A DNA stretch of 64,000 bases from Shigella phage Moonfish, in the sequence record PQ613263. One strand, 5' to 3'. Each line of letters begins with the position of its first letter. The stretch's first letter is position 1. The translations under genes were made by a program, and so were the position numbers. The notes under the pieces were generated by a model that searched no databases, had not been told where the DNA came from, and saw only the letters and a list, made by a program, of their open reading frames with translations. This document shows positions 9,479 to 20,600 of the stretch, piece after piece.

Positions 9479-12121
9479 ATGGGCTTATTCAGTGGGAAGA
9501 CCAAAGTATACGTAGCATCCTCTGTCTATAACATGGCAGGGGATATACAGAAACGTCCAAACTATATGAAGACTGTGGTCATTGGTAAGATTGTTGCTGA
9601 TACAGGATTTACTATGGCAGACACTATCTCTGATAGTTATCTGAATGGACCGGGCATTCGTATGCGACTGTTCTCCGGCTGGAGTAAGAACCACTATGAC
9701 TCAGTAGTTGGTATGGCAGGTTCTTCATTAGGTGTACTAGCTAAGATTGACCCTACTGTTATAGAGGGACAAATTACCCCACCTGCTGGAGAATCTGTCT
9801 ATGTTCAGGCAGCAGAGATTGGCTTTGCTGACTTTGAACAATGGTGTGACCAGTATCTTTATGAGAATGCCCCTAGTCGAATCATGGAACGATTCGACGT
9901 AGACATTGATGAAGATACTAATGAGATTACTATGACCTCCTTAGATGGAGGTTCTACTATTACATTCACACCTACTAACTTTGAACCAGGTGCTTTGTAT
10001 CTCTATGCTGATTACACATTCTATAAGTCCCCTTCTACCAATCCACCGGTAGTAGGGCCGACTACTGTCTACGATGATGAAGATGACCTACCTTCTACTT
10101 TGTTATGGACTACCGTTTCAAGTGATACTACAGCTAATACAACCAATCTTACTAAGACTATACAGACCCATTCTGTTTACTCTGATGGCAGATCGGATGA
10201 AGATAGTACTGTTACTGAACCAAGTGTGGATAACTGGAACTCCTACGTTAAGGTTTATCGTAGAGGATTCACTGAGAAACCCAATGATGTAACTGTAGTT
10301 GTATCTGACAGGGTAATGACCCATACAAAGTTTGGTGAGATTCAAACCAGTACTGCTGTAACTACCAATGTTGTTGATTTAGGTGGGGGTGTTACCCGTA
10401 CTGACACAATCACTACAACTACAGAGACACTGGTTCGTAAGTATTCATCCCAGACTACTCGTACTGATACTGAGATGACTGCTGTTGGTACACCTAAGCT
10501 GCTTATCTACAAGCAGAACTCCGGTAATGTTGCTCTGGATTCACTGTTTGAAACCGAGGCTACTGATAACCGATTCTACCCATTCATCCCAATCAGGAAT
10601 GATAAACAGTGGGTAGAAAATGACCCAATCTACCCGTACTGCAAGAAGGCTCTTTATAAAGCTACTGGTGGTAAACTCAATACAGTAATGACTGAGCTTA
10701 AGAAGAATGAGGACATAGGTGATATTCAATACATTTATGGCTCATTCGGTGTGTCTCTTAATACCCCAGAGGATACTGCTAAGGAATACATCTATCGTTT
10801 CTTTCAGATGGCTACTGAAGCATTCCCACCTGACCCAACCTACCCTACATTGGAAGCAGTGATTGCAGGTTATCAGGCAGCAAATGATGCAGTTGATGAA
10901 TATGTAGCATGGTGGAACAGGCAGGAAGGTCAGATTGTTGGAACACCCCCTCCACTGCCAGAATACCCAGTCATACCTAAACGAGAGTTTAGGGTACATA
11001 GTAATAAGCAGTACAAGTACGACATGACCATTGGCTGGAACTATGTATCTGAAACTACTCATTCAGGTGAAGCATGGTCTGGTGCTAAGCAGGGACAACT
11101 TCGAGCCAGATATGCAGGAGATATAACTCTTACTCGCAAGAACATACGTACAGGTGCTAACAACAAACTGGAAGTTACTACTACGTTTTACTCTATGCAG
11201 GAGTACGAGTTACTTTGGCAGGATGGTAATGACACTTACCGTAAACTTAGAGTACTGGGTCTAAATCACAATAACAGGGTATACAAAAATAAATCAGTAA
11301 GTATTGACGTTGCCGAAGCAATGGGTGATGCAGAAGAGAGTGGTTTCATTATTCCACTGCACACTAACATCTACCGTTCAATGTCACTGGTTCGTAGTAC
11401 CCAATTGTCTACTGCTTGCTCTTACTTAGTGATGAACTCATATAAGAAGGTTAAGCAGAAATGGTATACATCATCTGCATTTAAGATTGTGGTTGTTGTA
11501 GTTGCTGTTGTTGTATCCGTATTCACTATGGGTGCTGGTGGTGCAGGTATTCTTGGGGCATATGGTGCAGTTGGTGCATCACTTGGTTTTGTTGGATTAG
11601 CTGCTGTAATAGTGGGTGCTGTAGCAAACGCTATTGCTGCAATGATTCTGGTATCCATCATCACTAAAGTATCCACTTCACTGTTTGGTGATAAGCTGGG
11701 CTTTATTGTTGCAGCTATTGCTTCAATGGTGGCTATGAACGTTGGTACTGCTATGTCTACTGGAACATCCTTATCCACCTTAGCTGGTGAGATGATGAAT
11801 GCCCAAAACATCATGCAGCTTACTAGTTCAGTAGGTAATGGTATTAGTCAGTATATTAATGCATCCACGGCTGCTACTATTCAGAAAGCAGAGAGTGTAA
11901 TGCAGCAGTACAATACTGATATGATGGCAATCAATAAGCAGTATGAAGAGATGTTTGGTACTGCTGGACAGGGTGTAATTGACCCTATGCAATTTGTGTC
12001 AATGGAGTCGTTGGATTCTTTCTTATCACGTACTCTTATGACTGGTTCAGATATAGCTGACATGTCTTTAAACATGGTTGGAAGCTACTCTGATATGACT
12101 CTTAATACAGACCTTGTTTAA
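9479..12121 (+). CDS. Large internal virion protein with Gly/Ala-rich hydrophobic C-terminal segments (N4 gp53-like by position)
   Basis: 880 aa; Thr-rich central region; C-terminal VVVVAVVVSVFTMGAGGAGILGAYGAVGASLGFVGLAAVIVGAVANAIAAMILVSIIT predicted membrane-inserting. Confidence 0.45.
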   Translation: MGLFSGKTKVYVASSVYNMAGDIQKRPNYMKTVVIGKIVADTGFTMADTISDSYLNGPGIRMRLFSGWSKNHYDSVVGMAGSSLGVLAKIDPTVIEGQITPPAGESVYVQAAEIGFADFEQWCDQYLYENAPSRIMERFDVDIDEDTNEITMTSLDGGSTITFTPTNFEPGALYLYADYTFYKSPSTNPPVVGPTTVYDDEDDLPSTLLWTTVSSDTTANTTNLTKTIQTHSVYSDGRSDEDSTVTEPSVDNWNSYVKVYRRGFTEKPNDVTVVVSDRVMTHTKFGEIQTSTAVTTNVVDLGGGVTRTDTITTTTETLVRKYSSQTTRTDTEMTAVGTPKLLIYKQNSGNVALDSLFETEATDNRFYPFIPIRNDKQWVENDPIYPYCKKALYKATGGKLNTVMTELKKNEDIGDIQYIYGSFGVSLNTPEDTAKEYIYRFFQMATEAFPPDPTYPTLEAVIAGYQAANDAVDEYVAWWNRQEGQIVGTPPPLPEYPVIPKREFRVHSNKQYKYDMTIGWNYVSETTHSGEAWSGAKQGQLRARYAGDITLTRKNIRTGANNKLEVTTTFYSMQEYELLWQDGNDTYRKLRVLGLNHNNRVYKNKSVSIDVAEAMGDAEESGFIIPLHTNIYRSMSLVRSTQLSTACSYLVMNSYKKVKQKWYTSSAFKIVVVVVAVVVSVFTMGAGGAGILGAYGAVGASLGFVGLAAVIVGAVANAIAAMILVSIITKVSTSLFGDKLGFIVAAIASMVAMNVGTAMSTGTSLSTLAGEMMNAQNIMQLTSSVGNGISQYINASTAATIQKAESVMQQYNTDMMAINKQYEEMFGTAGQGVIDPMQFVSMESLDSFLSRTLMTGSDIADMSLNMVGSYSDMTLNTDLV

Positions 12122-12578
12122 CAGGAGAATCCTCATGGATTTGTCATTCTTAACAGGCAACCAAACCCCACAGCCAGCGGCTATGTCTTGGATGTCTAAT
12201 AACAACCAGAACTTTAATACCCCAGCTATGAACTATAACCCAGGTGCTGCCATTGGTATGGGTGCAGATACAGGAGTAACCTCACCTACTTCTTTCTTGT
12301 CTGGTTCAGCTAATCAGTTGGGCATGAACGTACCTACCTTCCAACTAGGACTGGGTGCACTTGGTTCATTAGCTAATATCTATGGTGGTTTCCAGGCTAA
12401 TAAGTTAGCCAAAGACCAGTTGAACTTTACTAAGAGTGTTACTAACACTAACCTGAATAACCAGATTAAGTCTTATAACACTGCATTAGAAGACCGTGCT
12501 CGTAGTCGTGCTACAGCAGAGAACCGTGACCAGTCTTCAGCCGATGCTTACATTGCAGCTAATAAACTAACTCGTTAA
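12114..12578 (+). CDS. Hypothetical virion protein
   Basis: 154-aa ORF overlapping the stop of the upstream gene by 8 nt. Confidence 0.4.
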   Translation: MFNRRILMDLSFLTGNQTPQPAAMSWMSNNNQNFNTPAMNYNPGAAIGMGADTGVTSPTSFLSGSANQLGMNVPTFQLGLGALGSLANIYGGFQANKLAKDQLNFTKSVTNTNLNNQIKSYNTALEDRARSRATAENRDQSSADAYIAANKLTR

Positions 12579-12590
12579 TAGGAAACCATC

Positions 12591-14546
12591 ATGGCTCAAA
12601 TTACATGGCGAAATGTTGACGCACCTAACTTCTCTGGAGTTGGTGACAGCATTCGCACATTTGGCAGCATGATTGGTAACGCTACCTCCGGCTTAAGTGA
12701 TGCACTGGGTAATTTCCAGAACGCTGCTAAGCAGGAGGCTGGCAATGCCGTCATGATGAATGCTATGCAATACCAAGACCCTACTGAGTATCGTAATGCT
12801 TTGGCATCTGGTGCACTGTTTCAGGGGGTTGACCCTTCTCTGGTAAACCAACGTACTCTCCAGAATCTGGATGAGCGAGCAGGTACATTACTGGCTCAGC
12901 AAGGTCAACAGGGAACCAACGACTACAATGCTTATCGTTTTGGTCGTTTACAAGATACCAATACTGCATTGGATAATGCTTCCCCTGCTGTACGTTTACT
13001 GTCTGAGGCTTACCAGTCTGGGGACCAGAACCGTATTAATGCTGCACTGAGTCAGACTCGTGATGCACTGTCTGCACTACCTGCCGACCAGCAACTTGAG
13101 ATGATGAGTCGTCTACAGGGACAAGGTGGTCAGGCTATTAATCAAGCACAGAACCGTTTTGATTTGGGTGTGGCTCAACGTAATGATGCTGATAGTCAGG
13201 CAGCACAGGGTGTTATGGCCCAGATTACTCGTGGTGCAGAAAACCCCAATGATGCTCGTCTGTTGGCAGAAGCATATAGCAAGAATCTGTCTCCGGTTGC
13301 ACAGGCACTTTTGCAGGGATTACTGGCTAATGCTTACCCAGGTGTATATGGTAATGGTGTAGGTGCTGCTTCTGCTCCGGGTACTGCTGGTACTCGTCAG
13401 GGTTCTCCTTATGATGTTACTTACCAGTTTGCTGGTACATCTACTCCTATTACTCAAATGAGTATTGGTGATGTAATTAAACACCAGGATGGTATGAAGT
13501 CTAACCAGGGTGCTTCACCTGTTGGGGCATTCCAGATTAACCAAGCTACCCTAAAAGACTTTGCTCCCAAAGTACTTGGTTCAGATTGGCAGAGCCAGCC
13601 ACTTTCTCCTGAGAACCAGGATAAGATTGGTAAGGCTATCTTCGAACAGCGTAAGAATGGCAACCTTAAAGATACTTGGGCTGCACTTCCTAATGCTGGT
13701 GTCGGTGCTTATAAGGACATGTCATGGGAAGAGATTAAGCCAATCATTGCACAGGCTGAGGTTGGTGCTAATCCATTAGCTATGCGACAGACTGCACAAG
13801 GTAACCAAGCCGTATCTACTCTGGCTCAGGGTATGATTGGTACTCGTTCTATGCAGGACAATACCGGTAGCCTTAACACTGACTTCCTCGGTACTGTTAC
13901 CGACAATACTCCAGTAGGTGAGATTGCTAACCGTTTGTTGGAAGGCGACTTTAAGGGTGCTGACCGAAACTGGGTACTTAACCGACTGACCGATATTTCT
14001 CAACGTGGGAATATGTCACCAGCTATGGCTGCTGCTGTTATGCAACGTTCACAGACTGGTGTTCCAGAAGGTTACATTAGTCGTGCTATTGATGCAGTTA
14101 ACCCATTTATTACCAATGAAGCTGGTAATGGTATGCGTCTTAATGACCGTCAGGTAGACCAGCTAATTGAGGGTGTACGTCGAGGTGAACCACTGGAAGG
14201 TAGTGTACGTAATCTTGGGCGTGCACAGGCAGCACAGAACATTCAGGCAGCACAGACTGCTTATGATGCTGCTGTAGCTGCACTGACAAATACTCAGAAC
14301 AAGATTAACACCGGACAAACTGGTCTTACTGCATTGTTACCTGCTCGACGGGAAGCTGTTACCAGAGCTGCTGCAATGCTCCAAGCTGCACAAGGGCAAG
14401 TTCAAGCAGACCCAGCTAACCTGGCTCCAAGAGGTTTCCAGTCACAGTCTAGTGTGGACCGGGCACGAGCCAAGGAAGATGAAGAACGTGCTGCACGGTA
14501 CTTACGTCAGGCGCAAGGTTTACCTGAGTATATGCAACCTCGCTAA
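12591..14546 (+). CDS. Internal virion protein (N4 gp51-like by position), possibly with a lytic-transglycosylase-like motif
   Basis: 651-aa ORF directly upstream of the vRNAP gene; segment SNQGASPVGAFQINQATLKDF resembles the SLT signature region. Confidence 0.4.
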   Translation: MAQITWRNVDAPNFSGVGDSIRTFGSMIGNATSGLSDALGNFQNAAKQEAGNAVMMNAMQYQDPTEYRNALASGALFQGVDPSLVNQRTLQNLDERAGTLLAQQGQQGTNDYNAYRFGRLQDTNTALDNASPAVRLLSEAYQSGDQNRINAALSQTRDALSALPADQQLEMMSRLQGQGGQAINQAQNRFDLGVAQRNDADSQAAQGVMAQITRGAENPNDARLLAEAYSKNLSPVAQALLQGLLANAYPGVYGNGVGAASAPGTAGTRQGSPYDVTYQFAGTSTPITQMSIGDVIKHQDGMKSNQGASPVGAFQINQATLKDFAPKVLGSDWQSQPLSPENQDKIGKAIFEQRKNGNLKDTWAALPNAGVGAYKDMSWEEIKPIIAQAEVGANPLAMRQTAQGNQAVSTLAQGMIGTRSMQDNTGSLNTDFLGTVTDNTPVGEIANRLLEGDFKGADRNWVLNRLTDISQRGNMSPAMAAAVMQRSQTGVPEGYISRAIDAVNPFITNEAGNGMRLNDRQVDQLIEGVRRGEPLEGSVRNLGRAQAAQNIQAAQTAYDAAVAALTNTQNKINTGQTGLTALLPARREAVTRAAAMLQAAQGQVQADPANLAPRGFQSQSSVDRARAKEDEERAARYLRQAQGLPEYMQPR

Positions 14547-14564
14547 AATACTTCATACTAATAA

Positions 14565-14586
14565 AAGCCCTCCGGGGCTTTTTTCT
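14565..14586 (+). terminator. Rho-independent terminator
   Basis: Hairpin aagccctccggggctt followed by tttttt. Confidence 0.55.
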
Positions 14587-14631
14587 TACACTGGCTTACT
14601 GTAGAGTAGGCTTCCTATATACGATATAAGT

Positions 14632-17600
14632 TTGAACAGGAAACATGCTATGTCAACATTTGACCGTCTGGCAGGTTTCGCAGACAGCATCACTAATGCC
14701 AAGCAAGTCGATGTCTCTACTGCAACCTCTCAGAAGCAAGCTGCACAAGGGCAAAGCCCTTTCCAATTAACCCCAGAGAATGCTTACAATCTCCAGACTG
14801 GACGTGTAGGTAATCTTGGAACTGGTGCATTCGAACCAGGTTCACTTCAGGCTGACTTCACTCAAGCCTCCCCATTAGAAATCATTAATAAGTACGGTAA
14901 TGAGAAAGGTTTACAGATTCTTAATAGCCGAGCTAATGCTGCTGATGTTGTACGTCAGGACTTATCTAAACAGCGTACTAACGCAGAAGCATTTGGCGAT
15001 ACTCTTTCTGGTGTTGGTCTTGGTGTTGCTAATACCCTTGGGGGCATTGCTGCTCTTGGCACAGGTCTGGTCAATGATAATGCCGGGGCATCCATTGCTT
15101 CCGGGATGGATTGGCTGAATGAAGGTGTACGCAATCTCCAGTCTGATGCACTGAATGCTACCCGTAAAGTTGTTCAGAATCAGAACCAGATTTCTGCTCA
15201 AAAGAACCAGAAACTTTACGAGCAAGATATTAAGAATGGGGAGAACGATTTGGTTGCCTCCCTGTCTCGCATTGGTCGTGACGCTTTTGATTCTGTTGCT
15301 AATACACTTGATAATGGTATGGCTGCTACCGATGGACTGAGCGAAGGTGTTGGTTCCCTCTTTACTGCTGGTCCACTTATCCGTGGTGTGTCTGCATTAG
15401 GTAAAGTAATGGTTGGTGGTGATAAAGCTGTTAGGGGTATTACCTTAGCTGCTGAGTTGGGTTCACGTCCTGCACAGGTTGCACTGTCTGCTGGTCGCGT
15501 TGCTGCACCTGCTATTGCAATCGGTGGCATGGAAGCAGGTGGTGCATACCAACAGACTGCATCTGAAATCATGAAGATGTCCCACCAAGAATTGGCAAGT
15601 AAGTCTCCTGTTTACCAACAACATATTGCTGATGGTTTACCTCCTGATGAAGCACGTCGTCAGACTGCATCTGAAACAGGTATCACTGCTGCTGGCTTAA
15701 CTGCTCCAGTTGCTGCTGCTACTGGTCCACTGGTATCTCGCTTTGAACTTAACCCACTTAGAGTAGGTTCACTGGCTGGTGCTGGTTCTAATATGTTACG
15801 TGAGACTGTAGAAGAAGGTATTCAATCCGGCTTTGGTCAGTTCGCACAGAATACTGCAATCAAGGAAAATGTTGATGCATCCCGTGACACCCTCAAAGGG
15901 GTCGGTGAGCAAGCAGGGCTTGGTGCACTCTACGGCTTCGGTAGTGCTGGAGTTGCTCAAGCTCCTGGTGCAACTGTTAAAGCTGCTGGTGCTGCCACTG
16001 CTCCTGTTGTACGTACTACCCTGGCTGGTGCTTCTCTGGTTGGTAATGCATTAGCTAAAGCTGCTTCCCCTATTACTAACATTCTGGTTCAACGTGGTGA
16101 AGAAGTTGCTAAGCGTAATGAACAAGCATCCCCTGTAGCTGATGCTACGGTTAATGCTGCTGCACAAGAAGCTACTGCTCAGGCAGAACAAGCACAAGCG
16201 ACTGTACAGGAAGCAGTAGATGCAATGGATATCTCTCCTGAGGAGAAGGCTGCTGCTACTCAGTATGCTGCTGACTTAACTCAGGCAATGAACTTTGACC
16301 CTGTAGAATTGGAACAAGCTAACCCGGTAATTCGTGAAGCTGTTTCTGGTTCCACTAACCGTGTTGAAGCTATTCAGAAGATGGCTGACTTGGTTAATAC
16401 AGCAGAAGACCCTAACGTTCAAATGGAAGCTGCTATCCAGATGTATGACAACATCATGTCTATGGATAGCTTCATTAACCGTGACCCAGGTGCACTGGCT
16501 AATCTGGAACAGGGTTCACCTGCTGCTACAATCGTAGACCAGTTCTCTGGTCTGATGGCTAACGTACAGAATACACCGAAGGTACTTCGTGCATTCCGTG
16601 CTATCCATTCCATGATTCAGGAACAGGCTGAAGCAGGTAAGCTGAAAGCTACTGAAGAAGCTAACCAAGCTCAAGCAAACAACATTGCCATGGCTGCTGA
16701 CGTGTCTCCAGAAGTATTGGATGCAGATTCAGTGAACATGGTTCTGAAACATGCAAGTGAAGGTAAGATTACACTGGGGAATCGTCAACGTGCTGCCCTG
16801 CAATCTGCTGCTGCCTTGTTACAGGGTGCACGAGAGTTTGACGCTAAAGCAGAAGAACTAGGCTTACGTCCTCAAGACATTGTTAGTAAACAAATTAAAA
16901 CCGACGAGTCTCGTTCTAACGAAGGACAGTACTCTGCGTTGCAACATGCGAAACGCATTCGTTCTGCGTATAACTCTGGTAACTTCGATTTGGCTTACGC
17001 TTATCTGAGCGACTTTATGAAGTTCGCCCAGCACATGCAGAATAAGGTCGGAGCGTTGAATGAGCATCTGATTTCTGGGAATGCGGATAAGAATAAGTCT
17101 GTTCATTATCAGGCTCTCTCGCCTTCCCGTGAATGGGTACGTAGTCGTACTGGCCTCGGTGTCAATCCTTACGATACCAAGTCTGTTAAGTTTGCCCAGC
17201 AAGTAGGACTGGAGGCCAAAACCGTAGCTGATATTGCTAACGCACTTGCTACGGCTTACCCGGAGCTTAATGTTTCTCATGTGAAAGTTACCTCGTTGGA
17301 TTCACGTCTGAACAAGCCAGCTGCCCAGGTAGTTAAAGAGTTCCGTCAAGGTGGTCTTGATGCCACTCAGTCTCAACAGACCAATGAACCAGTGAATCAG
17401 GTTGATGAATCTCCTGCACCAGTGCAAGAGGACACTACTACTGTACAGCCTAAAGCTAAACCTGTGGTAGAAAATAAGACTGCTCCTACTAAGGAGACTA
17501 GCCCAAAAACAGAAGAAGTCTCTACTACCAAGTCTGAAACAGTAGAAGCTACCCTCACTAATGAGGATACCATCCAGGAAGTAGCTGAAACCAAAACAGA

Positions 17601-20600
17601 AATGGAAACAGTGTTCCCCGTCTATAACAATGAAAAGACACCGAACCAGTTCCTGAAAGCATTTACCCTACCAGAAGAACCTAAGTCTCGTACCATTGGT
17701 TCTGAGTCTCCGTTGACTGATGTTAAGCAAGCACTGTCTTCTGTTGCTCGCTTTGAAGCATTCACTCAAAAAGAAAATAACGCTCTCACAGGTGATGTGA
17801 TTAAGCGTTATCAGGACTTAATGGACTTTGGTGAAACTCTGAAGACTACTTTGTCTGAACGACTGGCTAAGTTCCTTGCTAACAAAAATGTCGGTAAACG
17901 TTTTGCAGAAGGTACGGAAGCTAACCGTTGGGTAGGTGGCAAACTACTGAATATCGTTGAACAAGATGGTGACACCTTTAAGTTCAATGACCAGTTGTTA
18001 GAGACTGCTGTGCTTGCTGGTCTGCAATGGCGACTAACTGCTACACAGAATGCTGCTGTTAAAGACATGAAAGACGTAGCTGCTATTACGGGTGTAGAAG
18101 CATCTCTGTTACCAGAAGGTATTCTGGCTGAGTTCGAGAATGCTCAGACTCTGGTTGAAGCTACTAACTCACTGGCTCAGAAGATCGAATCCTACTGGGG
18201 TTTGAACCGTAACCCTAATGCACCACTGGGTTATACCAAGGGTATCCCAATGGCAATGGCTACAGAGATTCTGTCTTCCCTCATTGAGATGGGTGAAGTT
18301 AAAGAGTCTATGCTGGATGTGTCTGAGATTGACCCAGATTCCAATAAGACTGTCGGCCTGTATACCATTGAGAAGCTGGATGACAATGATGCCATTAACA
18401 AATTCCCTACTGCTATTGAGGAAGCTGTCCTCTTAGAACCAGAAGAGAAAATGTATTTCGGTGACGACATTCCTTCCGTGGCTCAAACTCAATTACGTAA
18501 TCCTGCTGTTAAGAATACCCCGGAACAGAAAGCTGCTCTGAAAGTAGAACAGGCTACTGAGTTCCGTGTACACATGCCGATGGTTAACTTCTATGAAGCT
18601 ATGGGCCGTGACAACATACTGGAATTGATGGGTGCTGGTTCTCTTAATCCTGAACTGTTGAACGTGAACACTGCTAAGTCACTGGAGGGTAAAAACCTGT
18701 CCGTGTCCATGGCATATGATTCCTTGTTTGGTGTAATCAATCAGATTAAGGAACAGGAGAATGGACTAGATACACCTATCCACTATGGCTACAACATGAC
18801 CCGTGTAGGTCGTATGCAGATGCTTGGTAAGAACAACCCACAGTCCAGCAAACTGGTACGTGAAGCAATCCTGCCAACCTTCTCTACTATTGACTTGAGT
18901 AATGAAAACAGCCAAACGTTCTCTGACTTCCAGTTAGGTCTGGCTCAGGCATTGGGTATCAAGGTTCATAATATGTCCCGTGAAGCTATGTCTGAAAAGC
19001 TGACCAAAGCTTTGGAAGGTAATCTGAAACCTGCTGTTGATATGATGGTTGAGTTTGATAAGTCTGGTCACTTACCTGCTGATGCAGTTGATATTCTGAA
19101 GACATCTCTGGGTGGCGATAAATCATTCGTAGCTCTCATGGCTCTTATGGAATATGCCCGTTACCTGAACAGTGATGACCGTGCCAACTTTAATACCCCT
19201 CTGTACGTTGAAGCCGATGGTGTAACCAACGGTCCGATTAACGCAATGGTATTAATGACTGGTGGTAAGTTCACTCCAGACTGGATTAAGAATACTGCTA
19301 AAGGTGGTTTGTTCTTCGGTAAAGCTGGTAAGACTATGAACGAACATCGTTCACAGGATGACAGTGTTGACTTGTATGAAGCATCCACCAATGGTCTGCA
19401 ACAAGCATTGGGTGAATTGCGTAGTACTTACCGTAACAACGTTCCTGTTATGAGCCAGATGAACCATCTCCAGAAGTTAATGGACCTGTTCATCAAAGAC
19501 TTTAACTTGAATGAAGACGGTACTTTGGACCTGAAACGTGGTATCGCTAAAAACCCACTGACTATTACCATCTATGGTTCTGGTGCACGTGGTATTGCTG
19601 GCAAGATGGTTAGTGCAATTACTGACACCATCTATGAACGCTTCAGTGACGTTCTGCAAGCACGTGCTGCTGACCCTAGCATTTCCCCAGCTATGGCGAT
19701 GTTTGGTAAGGAGGCTGCGTCTGAGGCTGATGCTCAGGCTATGCTGGATACTTTCCTTACTTCTATGGAAGCACTGACTGGTAATGTTCCAGTTATGCGT
19801 AAAGGCGAACTGTCTATTCAACAGGCAGAAGGTGCTCTGACTGGTAAGTTAGACCCTCAGAAGTTTACTGTATCTGGTAATGCCTTGAAGAACCTACAAG
19901 AGAACATGCTTCACTTGTTCGTTGAACCAATGCGTACAGGTATCCGTAATACTGTTGGTGAAGGTCTGATGCACTCTACTGAGAACTTGCAGAAGGCTAC
20001 TCAGATTCAGTCTCTGGTATTGCAGGATATGTTCCAACAAGCAGTACAGGCTAAACTGGCAGAAAAAGAAAATGACCCAACGTGGAAGAAGGGTGATTTC
20101 TTAACACAGAAAGAACTGAATGAAATTCAGGAATCATTATCTCCACTGGCTCCAATGATTGAGACTGGCGCACAGACTTTCTACATTGCTGGCAGTGAGA
20201 ATACTGATGTTGCTAACCAAGTACTGGCTACCAACTTAGATGACCGTATGCGTGTGCCAATGAGCATCTATGCCCCGTCACAAGCAGGTGTTGCTGGTAT
20301 TCCATTTATGACCATCGGTACTGGTGATGGCATGATGATGCAGACCCTTTCTACTATGAAAGGTGCTCCGAAGAATACCCTGAAAATCTTTGATGGCATG
20401 AACATTGGTATCAATGACATCACTGATGCAAGCCGTAAAGCTAATGAGGCTGTATACACTTCCTGGCAGGGTAACCCTATCAAGAATGTTTATGACTCCT
20501 TCGCTAAGTTCATGAAGAATGTAGACTTCAGTAAACTGTCTGATGAAACCAAACAGGCTATCGCTAAGTCTGCTCTGGAATACGACCAGCGTGAAGGTGC

